From Candidatus Fraserbacteria bacterium (GTDB lineage Bacteria > Bipolaricaulota > Bipolaricaulia > RBG-16-55-9 > JANLFV01), in assembly GCA_037446135.1 (NCBI GenBank), contig JBBIJD010000033.1:1-18724 (forward strand): 18,724 nucleotides of DNA, read 5' to 3'. Shown here piece by piece: positions 1 to 9,097 of the stretch (its first letter is position 1; the number at the start of each line of letters is the position of its first letter). The notes under the pieces are model-generated. The model saw only the letters and a list, made by a program, of their open reading frames with translations. It was not told the DNA's origin and searched no databases. The position numbers and the translations under genes are program-made.

Positions 1-1163
1 AGTTCCTTCCCCACCTTCTCGAACTTCTCCAGGGCGAAATCTAAGTCCTCTTTGGTGTGCAATGCCGAGATCATCACCCGAATGCGGGCCTTCCCCTTCG
101 GGACAGTAGGGTAGCCGATCGCCTGAGCGAAGACCCCCTCAGCAAAGAGCCGCTTCGAGAAATCCCAGGCGGTCTTGGCCTCTCCCAGCATCACCGGTGT
201 GATCGGGGTCTCGCTCGAACCGGTATCGAAGCCCAGCCCCTTCATCTCGGCCTTGAAGTAACGGGCGTTCTCCCAGAGCTTCCGGACCGGCTCGTCCGTC
301 TCCTGCAAGATGCTGATGGCCGCGATGCAGGCCGCCACATCCGCGGGGGTCGTGGCCGAGGAGAAGAGGAACGGCCTGGCCCGCTGCCTCAAGTATTCGA
401 TGATCTTGGCCTTACCCGCTAAGTAGCCCCCTACGACCCCGAAGGCCTTGGACATCGTCCCCATCTCCAGGTCCACCCGGCCGTGGAGCCCGAAATGGTC
501 CGCGATCCCTCGCCCGTGGCTCCCTAGGACCCCCTCCCCGTGGGCGTCGTCGACCATCACGATCGCGTCGTATTGCTCGGCCAGCTCGACGATCTCCGGG
601 AGGGGGGCGAGGTCCCCGTCCATGGAGAAGACCCCGTCGGTGACGATCATCTTCTTCTTGATAGCCTTATTCTCCTCCAGGAGCTTCGCCAGGGCTTGGA
701 CATCGCGGTGAGGGTAGATCACCCTCTTGGCCTTGGTGAGCCGGCAGCCGTCGATGATCGAGGCGTGGTTCAACTCATCAGTGAAGATCACATCCTCTTC
801 GCCCATCAGGAGGGGTATGGCCGCGAGGTTCGAGATCAAGCCCCCTTGGAGGGAGAGGGCCGCCTCGGTCCGCTTGAATTCAGCGATCTTCCGCTCCAGC
901 TCGAGATGGAGGCTCATCGTCCCCGCGATCGAGCGGACCGCCGCCGGCCCGACGCCATACTCATCGATAGCCCGCTTGGCCGCCTCCTTGAGCCGGGGAT
1001 CATTGGCAAACCCCAAGTAATTGTTGGAGCACATATTTAGAACCTTCTTCCCGTCCACGACCGTCCAGGCCCCCACGGGCCCCCCGATGGTGCGGATGAT
1101 GTTATAAAGCCCCTGATCCTTTAGCCTCTGCAATTCTTCATTGATGAAGTCTAACTTCCCCAT
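1..1163 (-). CDS. kbl: Glycine C-acetyltransferase (2-amino-3-ketobutyrate CoA ligase), class II PLP alpha-oxoamine synthase; last few codons lie beyond the left edge
   Basis: Manual translation from ATG 1163 (SD AAGGAGG upstream): [26 protein letters not shown]...[11 protein letters not shown]...[11 protein letters not shown]...[10 protein letters not shown]...[11 protein letters not shown]...GTMSKAFG (PLP Lys)...[17 protein letters not shown]...EKVGKE. Not in the ORF track because its stop is outside the window. The adjacent threonine dehydrogenase favours kbl over bioF. Confidence 0.88.
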   Translation of the reverse strand, partial: MGKLDFINEELQRLKDQGLYNIIRTIGGPVGAWTVVDGKKVLNMCSNNYLGFANDPRLKEAAKRAIDEYGVGPAAVRSIAGTMSLHLELERKIAEFKRTEAALSLQGGLISNLAAIPLLMGEEDVIFTDELNHASIIDGCRLTKAKRVIYPHRDVQALAKLLEENKAIKKKMIVTDGVFSMDGDLAPLPEIVELAEQYDAIVMVDDAHGEGVLGSHGRGIADHFGLHGRVDLEMGTMSKAFGVVGGYLAGKAKIIEYLRQRARPFLFSSATTPADVAACIAAISILQETDEPVRKLWENARYFKAEMKGLGFDTGSSETPITPVMLGEAKTAWDFSKRLFAEGVFAQAIGYPTVPKGKARIRVMISALHTKEDLDFALEKFEKVGKE

Positions 1164-1202
1164 CCAGCCCTCCTTGGGTCTATGGCGCACGCTGTCCATC
1201 AA

Positions 1203-1232
1203 AGCTTATTTGAATCCTCACCCCTCGGTCAA
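1203..1232 (-). promoter_or_regulatory. Putative sigma70-type promoter for kbl
   Basis: Minus strand TTGACC (1232-1227), 18 nt, TAAGCT (1208-1203), upstream of the kbl SD. Consensus match only. Confidence 0.45.
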
Positions 1233-1247
1233 GTGTCCGAGCTCGGC

Positions 1248-1277
1248 TTGAGGGATTGCCCCGCATTCGATTAGAAT
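1248..1277 (+). promoter_or_regulatory. Putative sigma70-type promoter for tdh
   Basis: TTGAGG (1248-1253), 18 nt, TAGAAT (1272-1277). Consensus match only. Confidence 0.45.
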
Positions 1278-1346
1278 TCTGGCCGTGACCGAATTCATGA
1301 GCCGATCCGACTCTTGGCTACAGATAACAAGCAGGAGGAGACCACT

Positions 1347-2339
1347 TTGGCTGAAGGGACGGGCAAGATCCTCGTGACGGGAGCTTGTGGGCAGATCGGG
1401 ACGGAGCTGGTCCCGGAGCTCCGGAGGAGATACGGGGAGGAGAATGTCATCGCCTCAGATATTAAAGAGCCGCCGGAGCCATTGGCCGGCTCTGGTCCCT
1501 TTGCCCCCGCCGATGTCACGGAGAGGGGAGCGATCGAGCAGCTCATCAGACAATATCAGATCGATACGGTCTATCATCTCGCGGCGATCCTCTCCGCTAA
1601 GGGCGAAGAGGAGCCCGCGCGGGCCTGGGAGGTGAATGTCGAGGGGCTGAGGAATCTCCTCGAGCTCGGGCGGGCTTACGGGCTGAGGCTCTTCTGGCCC
1701 AGTTCGATCGCCGTCTTCGGGCCAGCGACCCCGAAAGAGAATGTCCCCCAGGAGACGATCCTCTGCCCGACGACGATCTACGGGATCACGAAGGTGGCGG
1801 GCGAGCTCCTCTGCGATTACTACTTCCGGCGGTTCGAGGTCGATGTCCGCGGGATCCGCTATCCCGGGATCATCTCGAGCGAGGCCCCTCCGGGTGGGGG
1901 GACGACCGATTACGCCGTAGAGATCTTCCACGCGGCCGTCAAGGATGGACGGTATACCTGCTTCTTACGGGAGGATACGGTCCTCCCGATGATGTTCATG
2001 CCCGATGCGATCCGAGCGGCCATCGAGCTGATGGAGGCCCCGCTCGCCCGGCTCAAGCATCATGCGAACTTCAATATCGCGGCGATGAGCTTCTCCCCGG
2101 GGGAGCTGGCGGCAGAGATCAAACGGCATCTCCCGGGATTCGTCTGTGAGTTCAAGCCCGACTTCCGCCAAGCGATCGCCGACTCCTGGCCCAGGACGAT
2201 CGATGACTCCGCGGCCAGGGAGGAGTGGGGCTGGCGGCCACGGTATGACCTTCCGACGATGGTCAAGGCGATGTTGGAGAGATTGGGCGAGCGGTATGCC
2301 TCGTCAAGCCCGGCCGTCCGGGCCACCCGCAAGCGCTAG
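1347..2339 (+). CDS. tdh: L-threonine 3-dehydrogenase, NAD-dependent extended SDR (epimerase-like) type
   Basis: ILVTGACGQIG Rossmann motif, HLAAILSA, PSSIAVFG, YGITK (YxxxK), PGGGTTDYAV and RQAIADSWP, all typical of SDR-type ThrDH. Start moved to the in-frame TTG at 1347, which follows SD AGGAGG at 1333-1338. Confidence 0.87.
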   Translation: MAEGTGKILVTGACGQIGTELVPELRRRYGEENVIASDIKEPPEPLAGSGPFAPADVTERGAIEQLIRQYQIDTVYHLAAILSAKGEEEPARAWEVNVEGLRNLLELGRAYGLRLFWPSSIAVFGPATPKENVPQETILCPTTIYGITKVAGELLCDYYFRRFEVDVRGIRYPGIISSEAPPGGGTTDYAVEIFHAAVKDGRYTCFLREDTVLPMMFMPDAIRAAIELMEAPLARLKHHANFNIAAMSFSPGELAAEIKRHLPGFVCEFKPDFRQAIADSWPRTIDDSAAREEWGWRPRYDLPTMVKAMLERLGERYASSSPAVRATRKR

Positions 2340-2352
2340 TCGGTGGCCTTTG

Positions 2353-2385
2353 AGGGGCCGTTTGCAGTGCAGTTATGCGGCCCCT
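2353..2385. terminator. GC-rich hairpin between convergent genes, possible bidirectional terminator
   Basis: AGGGGCCG (2353-2360) pairs with CGGCCCCT (2378-2385). No clear U-tract. Confidence 0.4.
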
Positions 2386-3598
2386 AGCAGTAGCGGACGA
2401 CCACGAGGATCGAATCCCGAGCGGTGCGGCCCTCCCGGTCCATGACGGTCAAAGTGACCGTATAGCTCCCCGGCCTGCGATATTCATGGCTCACGATCGG
2501 CCCGAGTGCGGCCTGGCCGTCCCCGAAGTCCCAGTAGTATTGGACAATCGGGCCGGTCGAGCCGAGAGCTGAGAACCGGGGATCTCCTAGGCAGACGACC
2601 CGATCACCCCCGGCGATCTCAGCCCGCAAGGTCCCGACCTCGGAGCCGTTCCCTGTTCCATCCCGGCCGGCGCAGTGGCCGTCCCGTCCGCCCTCGCGGG
2701 CGGCGAGCACGAAGGCCTCCAGAAGGGCTTCCAATTCCTCCACCTGCTCCAAGAAGAGCCTCGAGCGGCTGCCATGGCAGGGATAGCGGGCGATCGCCTG
2801 ATTGAGGGCCGCCAGCCTCAGGCGGAGCTCGGCGAGTTCGACGGGGCTGGAGGGCGAACTGTGCCGGATATCTTCTTGCATCTTCCGGAAGGCGGCCTCC
2901 ACCCGGTCGAGTAGCCGGAGCAACTGGGGGGCATTCATCGCGTTCAGGACCAGGCGGATCTGGCTGATGATGGCGGAAAACCGTGTGGCGAAGGCGGCCA
3001 GCTCCACTTCGGGGAGTGCCAGGCGGCTAATGGCCCCTTCGGAGAAGGCATACCAGGAGACACAGCCGGGAGGCAAGGCCGCTCGGTCTTGGTCCCCGTC
3101 ACCTGAGGGAGGCGGGTCCAGCTCGGGCTGGGGGGTGAGTTTCGCGGCCAGGCCGTCTATTAAGCCCTGGAGCCGCTTGGCTTGGACTAGTGCCGCTTCC
3201 CTTTGGCCACTGCTGGGGAGGCCTTCGAGCGCCCGGATTAAGGCCACAATCGCCCGTTGGAGCTCGGTGGGGTCCACCGGTCGAGCGGGCGAGCTCCTTC
3301 CGATGGCTTGCTCGAGCTTCCTAAAGGAGGCCTCGACCTCTTGGAAGAGGCCCATCAGGTGGGGCTCGCCGAGGCCTGCCACGAGGGGGCGTAGCTCCGC
3401 GAGCCCGGCTTCCCAGCGATTGAGGAAGTCGAGCAGCTCTTGGTCGGGGAGCGAGACCTGGAAGAGCCGCCCCTCGGGCCCTCTCACCCAGAGGTCGCAT
3501 CCGGAGGAGAAGAGCAAGACGAGCAGCGCGATCAAGACCAGGAAGGGGATCGGGCCAAAGGGATAGCTCAGCCGATTCCGCAAGGTCGCAATGGGCAT
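2384..3598 (-). CDS. Probable lipoprotein or exported protein with two repeated helical domains and a C-terminal PKD domain
   Basis: Hydrophobic FLVLIALLVLLFSSG-C (lipobox-like); PKD signature YYWDFGDG...SHEYRRPGSYTVTLTVMD. Start uncertain (ATG 3598 vs 3688); 3598 gives the more normal signal length. Confidence 0.7.
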   Translation of the reverse strand: MPIATLRNRLSYPFGPIPFLVLIALLVLLFSSGCDLWVRGPEGRLFQVSLPDQELLDFLNRWEAGLAELRPLVAGLGEPHLMGLFQEVEASFRKLEQAIGRSSPARPVDPTELQRAIVALIRALEGLPSSGQREAALVQAKRLQGLIDGLAAKLTPQPELDPPPSGDGDQDRAALPPGCVSWYAFSEGAISRLALPEVELAAFATRFSAIISQIRLVLNAMNAPQLLRLLDRVEAAFRKMQEDIRHSSPSSPVELAELRLRLAALNQAIARYPCHGSRSRLFLEQVEELEALLEAFVLAAREGGRDGHCAGRDGTGNGSEVGTLRAEIAGGDRVVCLGDPRFSALGSTGPIVQYYWDFGDGQAALGPIVSHEYRRPGSYTVTLTVMDREGRTARDSILVVVRYC

Positions 3599-3778
3599 AC
3601 CGTTTCCATCATCTTGCCAGGTCAGGGGGGAGGGAATGGTTGGGGTCCCCTCCCCAGGGGAAACGGTGCCGGAGAGGGAGGGACGCATGAGACGCTCGAG
3701 CGGCCGAGCGGTCCACTGCTGGTGTTGGCTCTTCCGGGGGCGGGGAGGATAATCCCCCGCCGATGTGCCCGCTGTTCC

Positions 3779-3807
3779 TTGTCCCGGGCACTGCGCTCAT
3801 CTAGAAT
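3779..3807 (+). promoter_or_regulatory. Putative sigma70-type promoter for the rplI operon
   Basis: TTGTCC (3779-3784), 17 nt, TAGAAT (3802-3807), ~45 nt before the rplI ATG. Confidence 0.55.
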
Positions 3808-3852
3808 TGGGCCGATCTACAACTGATCGATAGGAAGGGGTCTCGAGTCGAG

Positions 3853-4338
3853 ATGAAAGTCCTCTTAGTCCAAAAGGTGGAGAAGCTCGGTGAGGCCGGC
3901 GACCTGGTCAATGTCTCGGACGGCTATGCTCGGAATTACCTCTTCCCCAAGGGGCTGGCCGTCGAGCCGACGGAGCACAACCTCAAGCAGTATGAGCGGC
4001 TCAAGCGAGCGAGGGAGGAGGAGCGGAAGAGCCGTGAGGAGAAGGCCCTGGCCTTGAAGGAGCGGCTCGCGGGCCAGGTCTTCAGGTTCGTCCGAGAAGC
4101 CCATGGCGAGGGGCTCTACGGCTCAGTCCGGAGGGAGGACATCGTCGAGGCGATCAAGGAGCGGCTCGGGGAGGAGCTGGAGAAGGGGAAAATCCTGCTG
4201 GAGCGACCGATCGAGAAGGTCGGGACCTATCCGGTCCAGATCGAGCTCTACGGCGGGATCTCCGTCGAGATCCAGGTCGAGGTCGAGGGGCGCCCGCCGG
4301 GGCCGGCGGGCCAGGGGGCCGATGAGCCGCGGTCTTAG
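3853..4338 (+). CDS. rplI: 50S ribosomal protein L9
   Basis: MKVLLVQKVEKLGEAGDLVNVSDGYARNYLFPKGLAV N-terminal signature, long helical linker, LYGSV...PIEKVGTYPVQIEL C-terminal domain. Confidence 0.96.
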   Translation: MKVLLVQKVEKLGEAGDLVNVSDGYARNYLFPKGLAVEPTEHNLKQYERLKRAREEERKSREEKALALKERLAGQVFRFVREAHGEGLYGSVRREDIVEAIKERLGEELEKGKILLERPIEKVGTYPVQIELYGGISVEIQVEVEGRPPGPAGQGADEPRS

Positions 4339-5749
4339 GGCCTCCTTTATCCTTCTCTTCCTGCTCGTTGCCCTCGCCCCGGCCGCGGCCGCCCTCGCGA
4401 CGACCCGGCTCGTCATCAACGGCCACCATGAGGTCCGGCTCGAGCATGAGCTCCGGGAGGGTGAGGCCGGCGGACTTGGACCGCTCGCCCCACTCGAAGA
4501 GCTGGCTCCTTACCTTGGGATCGAGCTCCGTCGCGGAGATCAAGGATACACTCTCCGCTTCGGCTCAGGGAAGGAGGCCCGACTCCCCCAGGCGGACCTC
4601 CACCTCGTCGGGGAGGTGAGTTATGTGCCGCTCGCGGAGCTGGCGGGGCTCCTCGGGGCGGGGCTCATCTCCTTCCCCGATTCCACTTACCTTTTCGTCC
4701 CCCGAAGCGAGCTCAGCTCCCTCTCCTATGCCTACGCCGACGGGGCGATCCGGCTCCGGTTCTCCCAGCTCGCCCCGCTCGAGCTGCTCTCAAGAGGGCG
4801 AATGATCGAAGCCCGGTTCTTCAACTCCGTCTTGGGGATCGCCCCGCGGACGAGCCGCTTCTCTCAAGGAGCGGTCGAGGAGCTCGAGCTCCTCTCCGAG
4901 GGGGCGGACCTGGTGGTGCTCCGGCTCACTCTTCGCCGGGCTGGCCGGGCCGAGCTCCGGACCGGCTTCTCCGCCGAGGGTTACTACCAGGTCGAGCTCC
5001 GCATCATCCCCGAGGAGGGCCTGCCGCTCCTCAAGCGCCCGGAGCAGGTCCGGCTCACCCTCTGGCTGAGTTACCACTTTGAGCTCCGGCAGACCCCGGT
5101 CGGGCCGGTCCGGATCTATTACCTCCTCGTGGAGGACTACCAGGCCCACGCCCGCCTTAGGGTGGCCATCCCTCGTGATGGGCTCGGAAGGCTCGAGCGG
5201 CTGGAGAAGATGGTCGCGGCCAAGGGGGGCCTTGGGGGGATCAATGCCAACTTCTTTGATCCCTTGAGCAATAAGCCGATCGGCCTCTTGATCCATGACG
5301 GGACGGTCCTCTCGCCCCCATACGGCCAGCGAGCAGCCCTGGGAATCGACCTCTTCGGGAGGGCCGTGATCTTCGAGGAGGCCCGACCCCCGTTGATCCC
5401 TCTCCGCGAGGCAGTGACCGGCGGGCCGTTGCTCCTCAAGGAGGGGAAGATCGCGCTCGACCCGAGGAGGGAGGGTTTCTCCGAGGCCTTCTTTCAGGCC
5501 CGGGCGGCAAGGAGCGCCATCGGGCTTTTGGCTGAGGGGGACCTGATCATGCTCATCGCCACCAAGGATCAGGGGAGCACAGGGCTGACGCTCGAGGAAC
5601 TGGCCCTGCTCCTCCAGGACCTTGGGGCGGTCGAGGCCCTGGCCCTCGATGGTGGGAGTTCTTCCTCACTGGTCTTCAAGAGAGGGAAGGACCTCCGTGC
5701 GATCGGGAGCCGCGAGATCGCCGTGGGGCTGGTCCTGATCCCAAGATGA
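4322..5749 (+). CDS. Exported phosphodiester glycosidase (NAGPA-like) family protein with N-terminal envelope-targeting (AMIN or copper-amine-oxidase-N-like) region
   Basis: Signal peptide from ATG 4322 (MSRGLRASFILLFLLVALAPAAAA); motifs GGINANFF, GGPLLLKEG, ARSAIG, GLTLEELA...LGAVEALALDGGSSS; N-terminal SYVPLAELAGLLGA. The track extension to 4103 lies inside rplI and is not credible. Confidence 0.8.
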   Translation: MSRGLRASFILLFLLVALAPAAAALATTRLVINGHHEVRLEHELREGEAGGLGPLAPLEELAPYLGIELRRGDQGYTLRFGSGKEARLPQADLHLVGEVSYVPLAELAGLLGAGLISFPDSTYLFVPRSELSSLSYAYADGAIRLRFSQLAPLELLSRGRMIEARFFNSVLGIAPRTSRFSQGAVEELELLSEGADLVVLRLTLRRAGRAELRTGFSAEGYYQVELRIIPEEGLPLLKRPEQVRLTLWLSYHFELRQTPVGPVRIYYLLVEDYQAHARLRVAIPRDGLGRLERLEKMVAAKGGLGGINANFFDPLSNKPIGLLIHDGTVLSPPYGQRAALGIDLFGRAVIFEEARPPLIPLREAVTGGPLLLKEGKIALDPRREGFSEAFFQARAARSAIGLLAEGDLIMLIATKDQGSTGLTLEELALLLQDLGAVEALALDGGSSSSLVFKRGKDLRAIGSREIAVGLVLIPR

Positions 5750-5750
5750 A

Positions 5751-7301
5751 ATGACGATCCGCGAACAGTTGGCGGTCCGACTCAAGAGCGGGAGCGGCGG
5801 GCTCCTCCGGGATGTCCTGCTCATCGCCTTCGCTACGGCGATCTCTCGGGTCTTCGGGCTCTTCCGGGATGTGGTGATCGCCGACCGGTTCGGTGCGAGC
5901 GCGGCCTACGATGCCTACATCATCGCCTTCTTCGTCCCCCATATGCTCCGACAGCTCCTGGCCGAGGGGGCCCTCTCCACGGCCTTCGTCCCGATCTACA
6001 CCGGCTACCTCGCGAGGGGGCGAGATGGGGCCGACCGCTTCGCCAGCGCCGTCCTGAGCCTGGCCCTCATCCTCTTCCCCTTGGTCATCGGGCTTGGGGC
6101 CTGGCTCGCACCGTGGTATCTCCCGTTCCTCGCCTCAGGCTTCTCCCCGGAGAAGCTCCGCTTGGCGATCTCCCTCACCTGGGTGACCCTGCCGTTCATC
6201 GGCTTAGTAGGGATCGCCGCGATCTTCATGGGGGTCCTCAATGGCCAACGCCAGTTCCTCGCCCCGGCCCTCGCCCCGGTCCTGTTCGATCTCGGGCTGA
6301 TCGTCGGGGCCTGGCCGGTCGCAGAGAAGCTCTCACAGGCCGCATTCGGGCTGGCTTGGGGTGTCCTCCTCGGCGGGGCGGGGATGCTCCTCTTCCAGCT
6401 CTTTTTCCTCCGCGGGCGGCTCCGCTTCGCTTTCAGGCTCAGCCTGAGGGACGAGGGCCTGCGGGAGCTGGGGAGGATGATGCTCCCCGCGGTCGTCGGG
6501 CTGGCCGGGGTCCAGGTGAACCTGCTGGTCGATAACAAGCTCGCCTCTCACCTCGGTGATGGGGCGATCTCCTCGATGCAGTATGCGATCCGGCTCTTCC
6601 AGCTCCCCTTAGGGGTCTTCGCCATCTCCATCGCCAATGCCCTCCTCCCACGCCTCTCCGAAAGGGTCACATACAAAGACCTGGACGGGCTGAGCGAGAC
6701 CCTCCAGCGCGGGCTAGTTCTGGGGGCTCTCATCCTCTTCCCCGCCGTGATCGGGCTCTATGCCCTCGGTAGGCCGACGATCGAGCTGCTCTTCGAGCAT
6801 GGCCGGTTCACTCCCGCAGATACGGCCCGGACCCTCGCGGCGCTGAACTTCTACCTCTTCGGGGTCATCGGCTACGGCGGGGTCTTCCTCCTGTCGAGGG
6901 CCTTCTATGCCCTAAGGGACACAAGGACCCCGGTGGCGGTCGGGCTCCTCGGCGTGGCCCTCAATGTGGGCCTTGACTTGGCCCTGGTCCGGCCAATGGG
7001 GGTCCGCGGGCTGGCCCTGGCCACCTCGGTCGCAGGCCTGGCGAATATGGCGATCTTGCTCGGCCTGCTCGAGCGGCGACTGAAAAGGAAGTTAATAGCG
7101 CCCCTGGCGGAGAGACTGGGGAAGATCACTCTAGCGGCGGGCGCGATGGGTGTGCTCGTCTTCCTAGTGGAGCAGGGGCTGGCCGCCTCACTGGAGAACC
7201 GGTTCGCCCTGGTGGCCCTCCCGGTCCTGGTCGGGCTGGTGAGCTATGGCCTCTTCCTCAAGCTGGCCTCCCTGGGCCTGGGTTTGGGGGCTGAGCACTG
7301 A
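5751..7301 (+). CDS. murJ: Lipid II flippase MurJ (MviN)
   Basis: SRVFGLFRD, DAYIIAFFVPHMLRQLLAEGALSTAFVP, YAIRLFQLPLGVFAISIANALLP, RAFYALRDTRTP; many transmembrane segments. Starts 1 nt after the upstream stop. Confidence 0.95.
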   Translation: MTIREQLAVRLKSGSGGLLRDVLLIAFATAISRVFGLFRDVVIADRFGASAAYDAYIIAFFVPHMLRQLLAEGALSTAFVPIYTGYLARGRDGADRFASAVLSLALILFPLVIGLGAWLAPWYLPFLASGFSPEKLRLAISLTWVTLPFIGLVGIAAIFMGVLNGQRQFLAPALAPVLFDLGLIVGAWPVAEKLSQAAFGLAWGVLLGGAGMLLFQLFFLRGRLRFAFRLSLRDEGLRELGRMMLPAVVGLAGVQVNLLVDNKLASHLGDGAISSMQYAIRLFQLPLGVFAISIANALLPRLSERVTYKDLDGLSETLQRGLVLGALILFPAVIGLYALGRPTIELLFEHGRFTPADTARTLAALNFYLFGVIGYGGVFLLSRAFYALRDTRTPVAVGLLGVALNVGLDLALVRPMGVRGLALATSVAGLANMAILLGLLERRLKRKLIAPLAERLGKITLAAGAMGVLVFLVEQGLAASLENRFALVALPVLVGLVSYGLFLKLASLGLGLGAEH

Positions 7302-7938
7302 GCTGATCAGGAGTGATGATCAGGCCCGCGGGCCGGGCCCGAGCTTCTTCCCCCGAGAGGTCGAAGTCCCGCGCGACATGGCCCAGCAGGCCCTGTAAGT
7401 AGCGCCTCGAACTCGAGCCCTCTCCCTCTCCGGAGAAGCTCTCCAAGAAAGTGAGGGTCGCCTCGACCCCCTCGAGGGCCTCCTCGCGGCTCAGTCCGCT
7501 CTCCTTCAGGTAGCCCGAGATGCCCTCGAGGAGGTATTGCCCGAGCCCGGGCTGGAGCGAGCCCTCGACGAGGAGGAGCGGCCCGAGCTGCCGCTTGAGG
7601 AACTCCAGCCCCTCGCGGACCTCGCGGTCGGTCCCACCGGCCCGCTCACGATAGTAGCGGTAGATGAGCAGCTCCAAGAACATGATGAAGTTTAGGAGCC
7701 TCTCCCGCCCATCGCGGTAGAGTTGGGCATGGGCGGCGAGCCAGGCCTTGTAGAATTCCGCTCCGATTCGCTCCCGCTGGTAGCGCTCATGGCGCTGGAG
7801 GTAGGGGCAAGACGGGGGGCAGTCGATCTCGATGACCCGGTGTTCGCCGCAGCAGCGGGGGCAGATCGGGCCCCTGTCCCGCAAGGCGGGGCAGTTCCTT
7901 GAACCTCGGCTCTTCCCACAGTAGGCACAGAGGGCCAT
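7258..7938 (-). CDS. Uncharacterised protein with an N-terminal Cys-rich (probable zinc-binding) domain
   Basis: CAYC-x8-CPAL-x6-CPRCCGEH-x6-CPPSCPYL (8 Cys in 44 aa) followed by a helical region. The ATG overlaps the dxr stop (TAATG); the 3' end overlaps murJ by 44 nt. Confidence 0.8.
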   Translation of the reverse strand: MALCAYCGKSRGSRNCPALRDRGPICPRCCGEHRVIEIDCPPSCPYLQRHERYQRERIGAEFYKAWLAAHAQLYRDGRERLLNFIMFLELLIYRYYRERAGGTDREVREGLEFLKRQLGPLLLVEGSLQPGLGQYLLEGISGYLKESGLSREEALEGVEATLTFLESFSGEGEGSSSRRYLQGLLGHVARDFDLSGEEARARPAGLIITPDQLSAQPPNPGPGRPA

Positions 7939-9089
7939 TAAATCACCTTCCGGGCCTGCTCTCTCCCCCAGCGATCGGCGGCCAAGACCTCTTCCAAGCC
8001 GGGCTCTTCGACCGCTTGGGCTTGATGCTCCTGGAGGATCAGGCGGAGGCCTTCGGCAATTCTAGTGAATGGGATCTCCCCCCGCAAGAACCGCTCGACT
8101 AAGACCTCATCGGCCCCGTTAATGGCCGCGGGCAGGGTCCCGCCCCTCTTCCCGGCCTCGACCACGACCGCGAAGGCCGGATACCTTTTGGGGTCGATCT
8201 CCGCGAATTCAAGGCCGAACCGGGAAAGATCGAGGCCCCTATCGCTAATGCTTATCCGCTCAGGATAGGTGAGGGCATACCTGATTGGGAGGCGCATATC
8301 CGGGGGAGATAGGGAGGCCATTACCGTCCCGTCGGTGAGCTCGATCAGGCCGTGAACGACCGATTGAGGATGGAGGATCGCCGTGATCTTCTCATATTCC
8401 AGCCCGAAGAGCCAGTGGGCCTCGATGACCTCGAAGCCCTTGTTCGCTAAAGTGGCCGAATCCACAGTAATCCGGGGGCCCATCCGCCAGGTGGGGTGTT
8501 GTAGAACCTCCTCCGGTGTAACCTGAGGGAGCGCTTCTAATGGCCGGTCGCGGACTGCGCCCCCGGAGGCGGTGAGGATGACCCTTCGCACCTCCTCGGG
8601 CTTCCGTCCTGAAAGGAGCTGGAAGAGGGCACTATGCTCGCTATCGACCGGGAGCAGCTCGCCCCCGCCGGAGCGGAGGGCCTGCCGAACCAGGTGGCCG
8701 CCGATGACCAGTGACTCCTTATTCGCCAGACAGACCCGCTTCCCCGCCTCGAGGGCCACAAGCGTCGGGAGGAGGCCGACCGCCCCGACCAGCCCGTTGA
8801 CTACGATCTCGGCCTCTGAAAGGGCCGCGACTTCCTTTAAGCCCTCCCCACCCCAGAGGATCTCCGTCTCCGTCTTTGCGCCGAGCTCCCGGCGGAGCCG
8901 GTCCGCGGCCTCCTCAGTCCCGACGGAGACGATGACCGGCCTGAACTCCCGGACTTGCTGGAGGAGGAGCTCGGTGTTCGAGCCCGCGGCCAGGGCCAAG
9001 ACCCGGAAGCGGGGATAAAGAGCCCTAATTACTTCTAAAGTCTGGCGCCCGATCGAGCCGGTCGAGCCGAGGAGGGCGACCTGGGCCAT
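7938..9089 (-). CDS. dxr: 1-deoxy-D-xylulose 5-phosphate reductoisomerase
   Basis: LLGSTGSIG, LANKESLV, LLPVDSEHSA, LTASGG, HPTWRMGPRITVDSAT, NKGFEVIEAHWLF, PDMRLPI. Confidence 0.97.
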   Translation of the reverse strand: MAQVALLGSTGSIGRQTLEVIRALYPRFRVLALAAGSNTELLLQQVREFRPVIVSVGTEEAADRLRRELGAKTETEILWGGEGLKEVAALSEAEIVVNGLVGAVGLLPTLVALEAGKRVCLANKESLVIGGHLVRQALRSGGGELLPVDSEHSALFQLLSGRKPEEVRRVILTASGGAVRDRPLEALPQVTPEEVLQHPTWRMGPRITVDSATLANKGFEVIEAHWLFGLEYEKITAILHPQSVVHGLIELTDGTVMASLSPPDMRLPIRYALTYPERISISDRGLDLSRFGLEFAEIDPKRYPAFAVVVEAGKRGGTLPAAINGADEVLVERFLRGEIPFTRIAEGLRLILQEHQAQAVEEPGLEEVLAADRWGREQARKVI

Positions 9090-9097
9090 CCCAGCAG

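Noticed and set aside
57..1040. Several + strand ORFs at the left end
   Set aside because: All are antisense to kbl, which occupies the minus strand 1-1163.
1..1163. Alternative call bioF (8-amino-7-oxononanoate synthase)
   Set aside because: Same family, but no biotin genes are in view and tdh is adjacent; dual activity cannot be excluded.
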